From: Klebsormidium nitens
Taxonomy: Eukaryota; Plantae; Klebsormidiophyceae
Length of the DNA stretch: 64,000 nucleotides
Reading direction: 5' to 3'
NCBI GenBank assembly: GCA_000708835.1
Contig: DF237179.1
Location: 1 to 64,000 of the forward strand
Below the pieces are notes generated by a model. That model saw only the letters and a program-made list of their open reading frames with translations, did no database searches and was not told the origin of the DNA. This document shows positions 36,001-48,000 of the stretch, piece by piece (position 1 is the stretch's first letter; every line of letters begins with the position of its first letter). Both the position numbers and the translations under genes were made by a program.

Positions 36001-39000
36001 TACGAGCTCGTATTAGAAGCCGAGTCTAGTTTGATCAAGTACACGCTTGATCGGACGTCGATCGACTTCGGCGCTCAGCCGTTCGGCCGCGCAATCGACC
36101 GGGAATTCACACTGCACAACTCGGGGCGGGTGCCCGTGGACTTCAAGCTCGACCTGAGCGGTGTGAATAAGGGCTCACACCTGCACGTCGGCCCCGTCAA
36201 GGGCCACGTGGCGGCCGGGGAGCGCCAGCGCTTCCTGGTGCGGTTCGTACCGCCGGTCCCCGACAAGTTCGTCGAGCGGTTCACCGTCGAAGTCGCGCAC
36301 TTCGAGCCGCACGAGTTTGTTATTTATGGGGAGGGGATTTATCCCAGCGTGTATCTGAGCCTGCCACGTGTCAGAAGCGAGCGGTACGAGACTTTGAAGG
36401 AAGAAGCCCGGCGGAAACTAGAGCGGGCGGGGCCGCCGCGGTCGATCATGCCCTCCCCCGCCGGGTCGCACGGCGCCGCAGGGTTTGGGAGCTTCCCGCG
36501 CGAGTCGCACGCGAGTCGCATGCGCCCTGACAGCCTCGCGTCGCGCTCGAAGCGCTCGAGCGCCACGTCAGCGCGGACCGGAAGCGGAAGCAAGCGGAAT
36601 GCGGCGGAAAAGTCGGTCCTGTCCGACGCGGACGGCGCCGCTCTCGCAGCAGAGGCGCTGCTTCTGGACCCGACTCCAGTGGAAGCGCGTCCGAGGGTCA
36701 GTTCCGGGCCGGAAAGCATGGATTCCGTTGAGCGGCCGGCGGAAGGGACGCCTCGGGGGACGAGCCCTGGGCACATCATTGGCATTCCGACGTCGATCCG
36801 TCCGAAACTGAACGGAACGTCGGAATACGACGGAGGGAAGACACGCCGGAGTGGGCCAAGGTCTGAGAAGAGCTTTACGACCCGGTTGAAGAACGGGCCT
36901 GGTTCCGTTTTTGGGGGCCGGCACATGCTGCATGAGGTGTATGTTCCGCCGGAAGAGGAGGTGGAAGCGGAAGCGGACCGGCTGGCGCTGGTGGAGTTCT
37001 TGCGAGCGGAACAGGCGAGAGCGGAAGGGACGAAGCTGGGGGGCAAGCAGTTCGCTTTCAACCTTCAGATGACGAGTAAGTACATACTTTTGAGGAGTTT
37101 GCTGCTGTAATCCAATTTGCAAACATCATGAAACCCGCAGTGAAAGCGGTCACACGGTCACAATCGATGATGGACAAAGCACTGGACCGCGGCGGTGAAA
37201 ATGCACCGTCTCACTGAGACTGACCTGGCCAATTTCGAGTTAACAATGTGCGATGTTTTTTCTTCAAACACAGACTCTCAAGTATGCAGTATTCTCAAGT
37301 ATGTCACAACTAACTGAAGTATTTGGGGCTCGATGCGAAAAATCTGATTACCAACGCGCCTTGTTTTCTGTCTGACTTCAATTTCCTCCCATCCCTCGAA
37401 TCAGCTTCGCTAAAAGACGGACCTAAAAGGTGGATAACTCAGAAGATGAGGGGGGGACCAGCATAGGTGCTTCTGCTAATTTCCTTTTCTTCCTCCGGTA
37501 ACGGAGCCAGGCAGAGGGCCACAAATGACGGCGCAAGAATTTTTTTTTCCGTGTTGAAATGCACCACCTGTGCCTCCATGAGCACTGCTTCATGTTGCAA
37601 CACATCCACGTTGAAGAATCTAAATCTTGTAACAAACAAAGACCTTCCGGTCCTCTGCAGAAGATCCTCTGGACGGGCCCTTATCGAGCAACGAAGCCGC
37701 CGCTAACGGCGTTACCCGACCACTCTCCACCAACGGAGGGGGGCTGAGGACTCCAGACGCTTCCACCCCCGGGGGAGAGAACCGGGTGCGAGCTGCGCTG
37801 TCCAAAACACCCTCCAGAAGGGTTCCGCCGGACGCCCAACCGGAAGGGGACCCCACCGGGGCACGTGCCGTCGTCTCGACGTACGTGTGCGACTTCGGGA
37901 ACGTGGTTAAGGGCGCGGTCAGGAAGAAAACCATTCGGGTGCACAACCCTAACCCGACGCTGGCGTCCTTCGCGCTGCTGAACAAGTCCGCGCTCCTGGC
38001 GCTCGGGTTCGTCGTGGAGCCGGAATCCGTTCCGAAGCTGGCGGAAGGGGAGGGCGCTGACGTCACGCTGACGTTGCAGACGGCGAGATCGCCCGTGGGG
38101 CCGATCGAGGTGCGGGCGGTGATCGAGATCAAGGGCGGCCCCCAGGTGGCGGTTCTTCTGCGGGCTGACGTCATGGTGCCGGAAGTACAGCTGTCGGCTG
38201 ACGTCGTCGATTTCGGGGCGGTCCAGACCGGGCGGTGCCGAGTCATGTCCGTGCAGCTGTGGAACCCGAACGGAGTTCCGGCGGAATGGGCCGTGAAGCG
38301 GCACCCCGACGCGGCGCATAGTAAGGACTGGGGGTATTTTGCCTGTGAGCCAGCGACCGGGACTCTTCAACCGGGTGAGCGAATTAACATGGAGGTGAAA
38401 TTCACACCGGGGCCTGACCAAGAAAAGTACGGGATCAAGTTCCCAATCAAGGTTAACGCTAACCCGCGCCAGCCGATGGTCACGTGCCGTGCAATAGGGT
38501 TTGATTTACGAGTAGTCGCTAACCCCGGGTTCCTAGATCTGGGCGCCATTCTGCCAGGGGCGCCTCAAGCGGGGGAGAGACGATTTACACTGCAAAACCC
38601 CTCGGCGGTGCCTATCGAAGTCTTCTCGCTCGACCTGGATCGGCAGTACTTGGAAGAGGAAGAAGCGCTCAAAGCCGCGGCCGGCTTTGAGGGTTTGGAG
38701 GTTTTGACGCTGCCACCGAGGGAGCCCGGGGCGCCGTTCTGGTCGCCGGAACTGCTGGCGGCCGGAAGCAAGGTAGCTGAGGAGAAGGGCGACCAGATTG
38801 GAGACGGGAACTTGTGGGCGGTTCTGAGCGGGCCGGCCGTGAGTTGCGCGGCGCAAACCGAATTGCTTGCTGGCAAGTACGGGGTTCCGGTTATCAACGT
38901 CGACACAACAATTTTGGAGTGGCAAGTAAGGAGGCGGGAACGGAACGAGGACGGAATCAAGGCGGAAGTAGAAGCGGAGGGGGTCGTAATGGAAGCAGTG

Positions 39001-42000
39001 GAGCCTTTGACAGAGGATCAAATGGGCGAGGCACTGGTGGAACGGCTTTCCAACGAGGACTGCGCAAAGGGGCTGATCATTGACGGCCTTTCCTCTCAGT
39101 TTGTATCGTCGTCGAAAGTTGCGAAGCTGGTGCTACAGAGCTTGGGTCTTCGACAGGAGGCCACGTCGGCGGCCCCAGTTGACACCGAAACCGGTGCACC
39201 GGGGGAGAGTGATGCTGGAACAGAAGCTGGTGTCAAGTGGGTCGGCGAGAAACTGGTGACGGTGCTCCTGCTGAGGGACTCGGTCGAGGAAGCCGCGGCC
39301 GCGGCCGCGGCCGCGCAGGCGGCGGATCTAGAGGTGGCAGAGGCGATGAAACGGGCGGAAGAAGCGGCCAGTCCAAAGGGAGGGAAAGCCCGTCCCCCCT
39401 CGTCGCAAGGAAAGAAAGGAAAAGCGGCAAAGTCCGAAACGAAGAGCGCTTCGCGGCGGACGTCCGCGGTGCAGCCGCCGCCCGAAGCCGCGGCGCCCAA
39501 ACCCAAAACCCCCCGGGAGGAGCTACTGGAGGCGCTGGGCGGCGCCACGTCAGAGAACCACGTGGCGGTCTGCGAGGTGGACGTGGCGGGGCGCGGCGAG
39601 GAGGAGCTTTGCGGCGACCTGTGCGCGCTGTTGCCCGATGTGAGGTCGCCGGAAGAGCGGGCGAAAGAGGTCCCGCCGCCGAAGGAGTTTCAGCTGGTTA
39701 GGCAGCCACCGGCGCGGGTTTACCGAACCATGGTTCCGCAATTCGCGCTGCTAACCGTGGAACAGAGCGCCGCCAGAACCGCCAGTCCAGAACCGCCTGA
39801 AAGCGAGAGCAGCAGAACTGGAGAGGAGGAATTGGCACGGAGTCTCTCGGAGGGCGCGGTACCAAGCCGGGGCCCCAGCCCCTCTTCCGGGGGGGAGAAT
39901 TACGTGGAAAGAACGCGGTGGGTCATCCCCCCGAACGGGAGCGTCGAGCTGTTGGTCCGGTTCCAGTCGGACGAAGTCGGCCGATTCGACGCGGTGCTAG
40001 GGTTTGAGGTTTTGGGCGCGGGCGCGGGCTCGGCCGCGAGCGTCGCCTGTCGCGCGGTGTGCGCACGGCCGCAGATCAGTTCCGACCCGCGGAACGTGTT
40101 CTACCGGAAGGCCAAAACCCGCCCGTTAACCGCACAGTTAAGGAAGCAGTTTGTGATCACCGCCGGGCGGTTTGAGTTCGGGCCGTTGTTAGCGGGGAAG
40201 AACCGGGAGGGTTACCAGTTGGGAAAGCACCCCGAGAACCGGGAACGGTTTAGAATCAGTAACAACGGGCTTTTTGACTGCCGGGTTACGTTTGCGTTCA
40301 AGAACAGCGGGGCGGTTAGTGGGCGGTCAACGCCGGAAACCAGCGGGTTTACGCCGGATGAATCGGGTTTCGTCGGTCGGGGCGCTTCGAAAAGCGTGGA
40401 CCCGTCTTCGAAGGACCTGAAGAGGATTGCCAGTGCGAAGACGGCGGTCAAGGGGAAGAAAGAGGTGACTCCTCTGAAGGAAGTGAAGGAGAACGCCCCG
40501 GTTGAGTTTACCGAGGAGGTTTTCGTGGTGGAGCCGAGCGTGCTGCAGCTGAAGGTGGATGAGACGCAGGAAATCGTGGTGTACGCGTTCCCGAAGGAGG
40601 TGAGTCGGGGGGATGAGAGCCTGAAAGTAGATGGGAGGATAGGCTATAGCCCTGAAAGCCGCTTATTTTGTAATTGCGTTCTTCCAGAAGAACCGGATCA
40701 CGGCTTGCTATTTGAGCGCGCTAGAAACGTCTCGCTTCTGAGAATACTGTAATGTGGGTCGAAGTACAAGATCGTTGCCATTCTATCTTGTTGAAGAATC
40801 TGATGAACTCATACGATCTCTTGAGCTTGCGAAGGCGGGTCAACCCGTGCTGCTGACGTGAAATAGTCTTCTGTCAATCGAGATCCAGATACAAATCTAA
40901 CTTCACAACTGGTCCGTTTTACCATTCTCTTGAGAGCCGGTCTATGTCATTTGCGTCGTAAATATGCTGATCTGCCGTATTCTGGTAGTTTGAGAGACGC
41001 TTTCTATTCGCCGGAAGCACTTTGTTCAGAAAGATATCAAAATGGTTCTAGTGACTCGACAAATACTCTTCAAAACGACATTCTTGGGATTTGAGAAGGC
41101 CTGGACGGCGAAGGCCAGGTTCAATTTGATGTATCTGTCCCAGAGAGTCAAGCATTGAAAAGCTTTGATATCTTTTGGTCTCGATCTAATCTCCCTTGCT
41201 TGCATATTGACTACTGTGACAGCTTTACGTAGACGGACTTCCTCAACTCTTCCTTTAAGGACCGTTCTTAGTTTCTGTGTTTCCTTCGCTCTGTTCTTCT
41301 ATCAGAAACCCAATCCTCTCTGAGGTCAATACTTCGCCCGTCCCATTTTCATGAACCGCTCCTCCGTTATTTGACATTCTAATTCATTTCAGAGAATTGT
41401 TGGTACGTAAAATCCAACATGCTCTTACTCACAGGTCGGCGTGGTGGAGACCACGCTTGTGTGCACCGTGGAAGACAACCCCGAACCCGTCGAGTTCAAA
41501 CTGGCCTGCAACGGCGAAAAGCCCAACGTCGAAATCGACGGCTCCAAGCCCGAGTTCCAGCGCCTTCTCGTCGGATCGGACGACACGCGTCAGCTGACGG
41601 TGAAGAACACGTGTCTGCTCCCAGTAAAGTGGCGGCTGGTGGGCACCGAGCAGCTGCCGGAGGAGTTCACCGTCGAACCCAGGGAAGGGCTGCTGGAGCC
41701 TACGGCGGTTTCGACGACGATAGCGGTCCGCTTCCGGGCCGCTAAGAGCGCGGCGTTCCAGCACGACATCAAGCTGCAGGTGGGCATTTTAGAAAAACAA
41801 GCGGAGGAATATTTAGCGAGAGAAGTAGAGTTCCGTGCTTCTTTCTGTTCAGGAGATTGCCTGACTGGTGGAATCGGACCCTCGTGCACTCAGAATCATC
41901 TTTGAAGACTTGGGTTGATAGAATTCGTACTTTATGCACGACACAGGTTGGGAGCAGATTTCAAGAGGATTGAGATGCTCCTTCAATTCAATACAGGCCT

Positions 42001-45000
42001 GAGAAATGTGGATAAAGTCCGATCAACTCTCATTCATGCATCGTACAATATCTTTAAAATTCGGCTTTAATTTACGACTTCTCCGCACTCGCATCGTGTT
42101 GCGCCGAAAGCGGCTGTCAGGATTTGCGGTTTGCGGAAAGCGTTTTGGAAGATCAGATTCGTTGCCCTGACTTGTGAAATTTAGAGGACACTCAAATTGG
42201 GCGTGAAAGCCTGCAAGCCGGCAACACTTCTCCTCAAGCCAATTTTCCTCTTCTGCAGGTCTTCGACGCCCAGGAGCTTCTCGGCGTGGTCCAGGAGTTC
42301 CCCGTCAGCATCACCGCAGAGGCGTACTCCATCGAAGCTGACGTCAGGTTCCCGTCAGGCCCCGACGTCTTCCCGCCCAACGGCGGCCTCGATTTCGGCG
42401 TGGTCAAAGTTGCGGACGACGGACTGCGGACCATGACCGTCCGAAACCTGGGCAAGTACCCCATCGGCTTCTGCTTCAACATCCGTAACGCCGTCCTCAA
42501 GGAGCTGCTGAGCGTTACGCCCCTCGAGGGGACGATTCCGCCGGCGGGGGCCGGTGCCCCCGCTTTGGGGGGGAGAAGCAGGGGAAGAACAAGGGGGGGG
42601 GGACGCCGGAACCCGACGGGCAGGTGATCGAGGTTCGGTTTAACAAGGATAAGACGCTAAGGCGGGAAGTGAACATTCGGAGCAGTAAAGATATCGAGCT
42701 GGCGATTGTGGAGCCGTTGAATGGGAAGCGGCAGCAGACGATTCCGGTGCGCGTAAATGTGCGCGCCGTGTACTCGAAGTACACATTGGTACCGGGACAC
42801 GGACTCAACTTTGGGCCGACAGTGTACAAAACGGTCGCCAAGCCGCGGACGTTCGAGATTGCGAATGACGGCGAGTTCCCGTTCTCTTTCAAGCTGAGTC
42901 CGTTCTCCAAGCGGGCCGGAACGCCCCCGACCGGGACGGAAGCGGAAGCAACGCAGCCAGCCGCGGCCCCGGCCAAGGGTGACGGCAAGAAGGGCGCAGG
43001 CAAAAGCGCGCCGTCGCCGGTTCCTGCCGCGGCACCCGCGGGCGCGCTCGATGTGGGCTGCTTCAGTCTGACCCCGGCCGCGGCAACGGTCGCCCCGGGT
43101 ACTTCGCAAACCGTTACCGTTGTCTTTAAGGCGGGGCAAGTGGCCGGTACGTTCCGGGAGACCGTTTCCGTGGAGGTGAGCGATCGGGACGGAGCGGATT
43201 ACCCGGCGGGGGGAGTGCCGTACGAGCTGGGCGGGGAGGCCTGCGTTCCGGGAATTGCGGCCGAGGACTTCGAGGGTATCTTCGAGGAACATCTGGTGGT
43301 TCCCGCTCTCGAGCCGCTTCTGAGCACCGGAAAGCCCATTCCGGGGGGCGTTTTTGCCGTTCGGGAGCGCGTGTACTCCTTCGGGGCGGTTATTGCGAGC
43401 GTCGGCGAGGCGGCGGAACCCGGGGTTACTAGCGAGGTTAAGCCTAACCCGGCGGGTGCGAGGCCTGCCAGCCGAGAGAAGACGAAAGGCGCGCCGGCGT
43501 CGTCAGTGTCCGCACCATCGCCCGTGCCCGCAACCCCGGCGCCAAATGCTGACGGCGGTCAGAAAGGGGTCAAGGCAAACCTACGCCTAACCAACGCAAA
43601 CAAGGTGCCCTGCACAATCCTTCTGTCGGTCAAACCAAAGGGCGCCGGCGATTCCGGTGTTCCGTTTCCAATGGACGTGCAACCGCAGAGGCTCGAGATT
43701 CCGCCCCACGAGAGCCGCTACGTGACCGCTTCGTTCTGTCCGTCCGCCATTCAAAGCTTCAGCGGAATCTTGGAAGCGGTTGTCGAGAACGGAAGCGACG
43801 CAAAAACGCGCGCCTTCACCTGCGAGCTGCGCGGCGAGGGCGCGCTGCCGCACATCCGGGCCGAGCTCGGCGTTCCGGCGGACTCCGCCAGCGGAAACCA
43901 TGCCGGCGGAACCGGCACCCCCGCCCTCCGGTTTTCAAAGCTCCTGTTGGGCCGGTCGCTAACCCTCCCGCTAACCCTGCGCAACGACGGCGTACTTCCC
44001 GCATCGGCACGGCTCGAAGCCCCGGTTCCAGAAAGTGGGTTTGCCGTAACCGATGCGGATGGGGTTCCTTTCCGGAGCGGGTCGAGCGTGACCCTCGAGC
44101 CGGGCCAGCGGGCCGACTTGCGGGTTACATTTAACCCGCTCGAGATCAAGGACTATGCCCAGGAGGTAACCATGGTGGTTAGGCATAACCACTTCGACGA
44201 CCAGAGGATACAGTTACTGGGGCAGGGTTACATGGAGGACGTAACCCTGGAAGGGTTACCCGACGGTGACCCGTCCAAGATCCGGTTCGAGGACGGGCCC
44301 ATAGGCGCTCCGCGGACGCTTGCGTTCGTGATGAAGAACCGGGTCGACAAGCACTGGCGGTTTGCGTGGCCGGCGGTACCGTTTCTCAAGTTTTCCCCGG
44401 CGGTCGGGCACCTGCATGCGGGCGCGGAGAAGGACGTCGTCGTGACGTTTGCACCCACGGAGACGGTCAGCTATACCGGTGAGCTTCCGGAAGATTTGGT
44501 TCGACTGACTCAATTGTCTATGTGCAGAAAGAATATACGAGCCATCCCTAAATCCTACGGTTTGCCTTTCTTTGGATTCCCAGATTGCATAGCTCGATTG
44601 TTTGACGATTGCTGTTAACTCCAAGGGGATCCGTTGGTCTTAGAAGAGGCGAGAGTGCGCATGAAGAGCGTGACAAGAGTCGATGGTTGAAGAAAAGGGA
44701 CGCTGCTTGACATCGGACGCATCTTCTTCGAGCATCTCATATAAGCTGCAAGGATATCCTATACATTCAGGAACTCTTTACGACACTTGATTCACTTCTT
44801 CCTCCTTCACTGCAGTAAGAAAGAAGAGAAGGAGAAATTCTTTGGAGACAAGAGAACAGCATTCACCGCGCGTCTCCGTTCCTGTTTCGTCCACTTCTGT
44901 TGTGTCCTGTGCCCATCTAAACCCAGCTTCGGTCGCTCACGAGGGCTTTTTACCCGCCTACTGTTTGTTAACTCGTCCTTGTTCCTTATTGGCCATCGGC

Positions 45001-48000
45001 TTTCACTTCTCGGTCAAGCGCCGAAACCCTGATCGTAGCGAGCAAGTAGTCCCTCTCCAAAATCCCCAGATTCCACAATCTCAAATCCAAGTTTTGTCTG
45101 ACCCAGACAAAGACCTTCTGCTCCAACTGAGCGCCATCAAGTACCAAGACGAGAGCGGTCCCCCTCCGGATTGGGACGACCGAATGGCCGTTGTGAGAAT
45201 GGTTCCGGAGGATCAGGTGCCGTCGCCGGCGGAAGCGGCGGACCGGCCGGAATCCGGCGGAAAGAGCAAGAAGGCAGCAGGTAAGCAGATTTGGATGTGT
45301 CCGCTCAAGCTTCTGAAAGATATACTTTTGGCGAACAGTAGTTTACAGAAGAAACTGAGCCTTGGCGCATCCGCACATTGACGGTTGAAAGATTCGGCAC
45401 GACGGTACAATTACAAGCACCAATGAAGCTAAGTTCTTGCATCTCTTTTCATAACCAAAAGAGTTTGGTGACAAGCCGTGCGCATCTGCTCATTAATCAG
45501 AAACTTCCCATATGGTTGGTTGGTTTTGAATTGCATTGCAAGCAACAATCCACGAATCTCAATGCAAAGCGACAATCCATCAAAACTTTTTACTACCATG
45601 CCCAGAATGATCTTCTGTGCCGAATCGAAAATATATCATGGTCGTGACTCGCAACAAGAAGCTCCATAACAACGTCAGACAGTCTGTTCTGCACATGCAG
45701 CTGGGAAGGAAAAGGCCGCAGGAGGAAAAGCTGCGGACGCCAAAAAGCGTCCGGGCTCAGGCAAGGGGCCGTCCGCAGAGGCCACCTTGGAACCGGGCCC
45801 TGTTTTGGCTCCAGCCGCGCAAAAACCAGAGGGCGACGGTGAAAATTCCGCCGCAACAGGGCCTCGCCTGGTTCAGGTTATCGAAGTGGACCCGGAGCCG
45901 GGACACACCCTGGTAGCGGGCGGTGTGAAAACCCTCCCGGTGAAGCTGACGGCGGTGGCTGACGGCGCGCGCTACGCGTGTGACGTCAGCGCGGTCCAGT
46001 TCAAGGGCACGGTCATGTTCCAGTCGCGGAGCTTCGGGTTTGACGTCAGAAACACGTCAGCGGTGCGGATGGAGTACTCGTGGGCGGTGCTCAAAAGCGA
46101 CGGAAGCGCAGACTCGAGCCAGCTCTTTGCGATAAACCCGGAAGAGGGGACTGTTCCAGCGGGTGAGACGGCGCACTTTGCGGTGCGCTTTAGCCCGGTC
46201 GAAGTGGTCGATTGTAATCGCATGCTGGTTTGCAACGTGGTTAACCTTGACCCGGGTTCCGCTCCGCTGAGCATTCCGGTGGACGGAAAGGTTATCCGGC
46301 CGTGGTGCCACTTCGAGTTCCCCGAAGGAACGGGGACGGTCGCCGAGAGGAGGGCAGTCACACCGCAGGACGGAGAGGCGAAAGCAGAGGTGGGAATAGG
46401 CTCGGAAACAATCCGGGTGCTCGAGTTCCTCTCCCTGGGGACACGTGTCAAGAACACGAAGCGGTTCCACGTGCTGAACCCCACGAGCATAGCGTATGAG
46501 TTTGTGTGGGAGCAGCAGGCGGTGGGGCGGGGTTTCAGGGTTTCGGAGGAGGGCGACGAGCTGCCGCGGAGCGCATTCGCATGCGCGACGCGCAAGGGCG
46601 TCATAGCCGGCGGGAAGCGGTTTGAAATGGCGTTCGAGTACACGCCGGAGACGCAGGAGCCGCAGGAGAGCGCCTGGGTGTTCCGTATTCCGGAGCGGAA
46701 CATCTCCGTTCCGTTCGAGCTTGTGGGCAAGGTGGTGGAGCCACGTGTCAGCCTGGACAGGGCCTCCGTAAATTTCGGAAAGGTTTTGGTCGGCGGCCGC
46801 GGCCGCGAGATGGTGACGCTGGTCAACGAGGAGCACCTTCCGTTTCCGTTCTCGTTTGAGCAGCTCGCGCCGGACGGAACCGGACACCCGGACCGGCAAG
46901 CCCACCCGTTGGTCCAGTTCGAGCCGTCCGCAGGAACGCTCGCGCCAGACTCGCGGCTTCCGGTCAAGGTGACGTACGCTCCGGCGGAAGAAAAGGCGCT
47001 GAACATGAACGTGGTGTGCGTCGTCAAGCGGAAGGCGGTTAAGCTAACCCTGAACGTCAAGGGCGAAGGTTACGCGGTGCACGACCAGTTGCTGATGGCG
47101 GGGCCGGAAGGGTCGGGCCCGATTGAGATGGTTCCGGTTGGGTCTGGGGGACCGAACTTCATCGACTATGGGCAGGTAAGTGTGATCGAGCCTGGCTTGG
47201 CCTGAGCTACGACAGACGAACTCAGAGCAAAATAGAAAAGAAGGGTCTTTCCATAAGGTTCTTTTAATGTTCATTCAGCTGCTCTTTGTGATTGTCGCGA
47301 CGAAACAGTTGAAGGTTTTGAGAGACACGTACAGGACTCAAGACGTAAGCAACTTCGTGCATTTTCAACTTGTTTGAGAGTCTCTTTGCCGCCAGGCTCT
47401 TGGGTCAATACTAGATTCGCGTCGCCCAACAAGTTCAAAACAGAAAGTTTTTGAATCTCCGGGAAGTCACTGTTGAGCCTTGTTTTCTGCCGGTTTTAAG
47501 GGACCATGAACTTCGATCCGCCATCTTTTACTCAACCAGAAGAGTAGTCCATCTTCTCCGGCTCAGCGTGTACGGGAGACAGCTTTCTGATGGCAGAACA
47601 TTTAGTCAGATGCTCATCCTTCTCATTCTTCCAAACCAAAATACTTCACTCAGTTCTGCCGGGCTTGCTGTAAATTTGCTATCTGACGACTCCGGTCCAA
47701 CAGAAATATCTGCTTCTTTACCCCTTAAACTTTACCCTCCCGAATTCCATCTCAAACAAAGTGACATCCTCGGAAATTCTGTTTGGTCCGACCGTACAGC
47801 TACGTACGATTCTCTTCCTTTGGAGATGGCCTATTTTTCGCTCCATCTCTCCAATGGTCTTCGAACACAAACTCCAAGCTTGTGATCTCATGACCCAGTT
47901 TGTTCCCCCCCAGGTCCTCATGAACGAGCGCAGTGTGCGCGAGCTGACTCTCGTCAACTCTGGCTCCCTCGACTACACCTTCCTCTGGCGCGCCGGTGAC

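Noticed and set aside
42541-42623. Mini-intron explaining the HYDIN frameshift
   Set aside because: The only GT donor is phase 1 while the AG acceptors I checked are phase 0, there is no pyrimidine tract, and the span translates as plausible linker.
34716-47060. Long antisense or alternate-frame ORFs (34716-35297, 36339-37061, 37620-38246, 42657-43292, 45972-47060, 46057-46905)
   Set aside because: Shadow ORFs of GC-rich HYDIN exons with no independent motifs.
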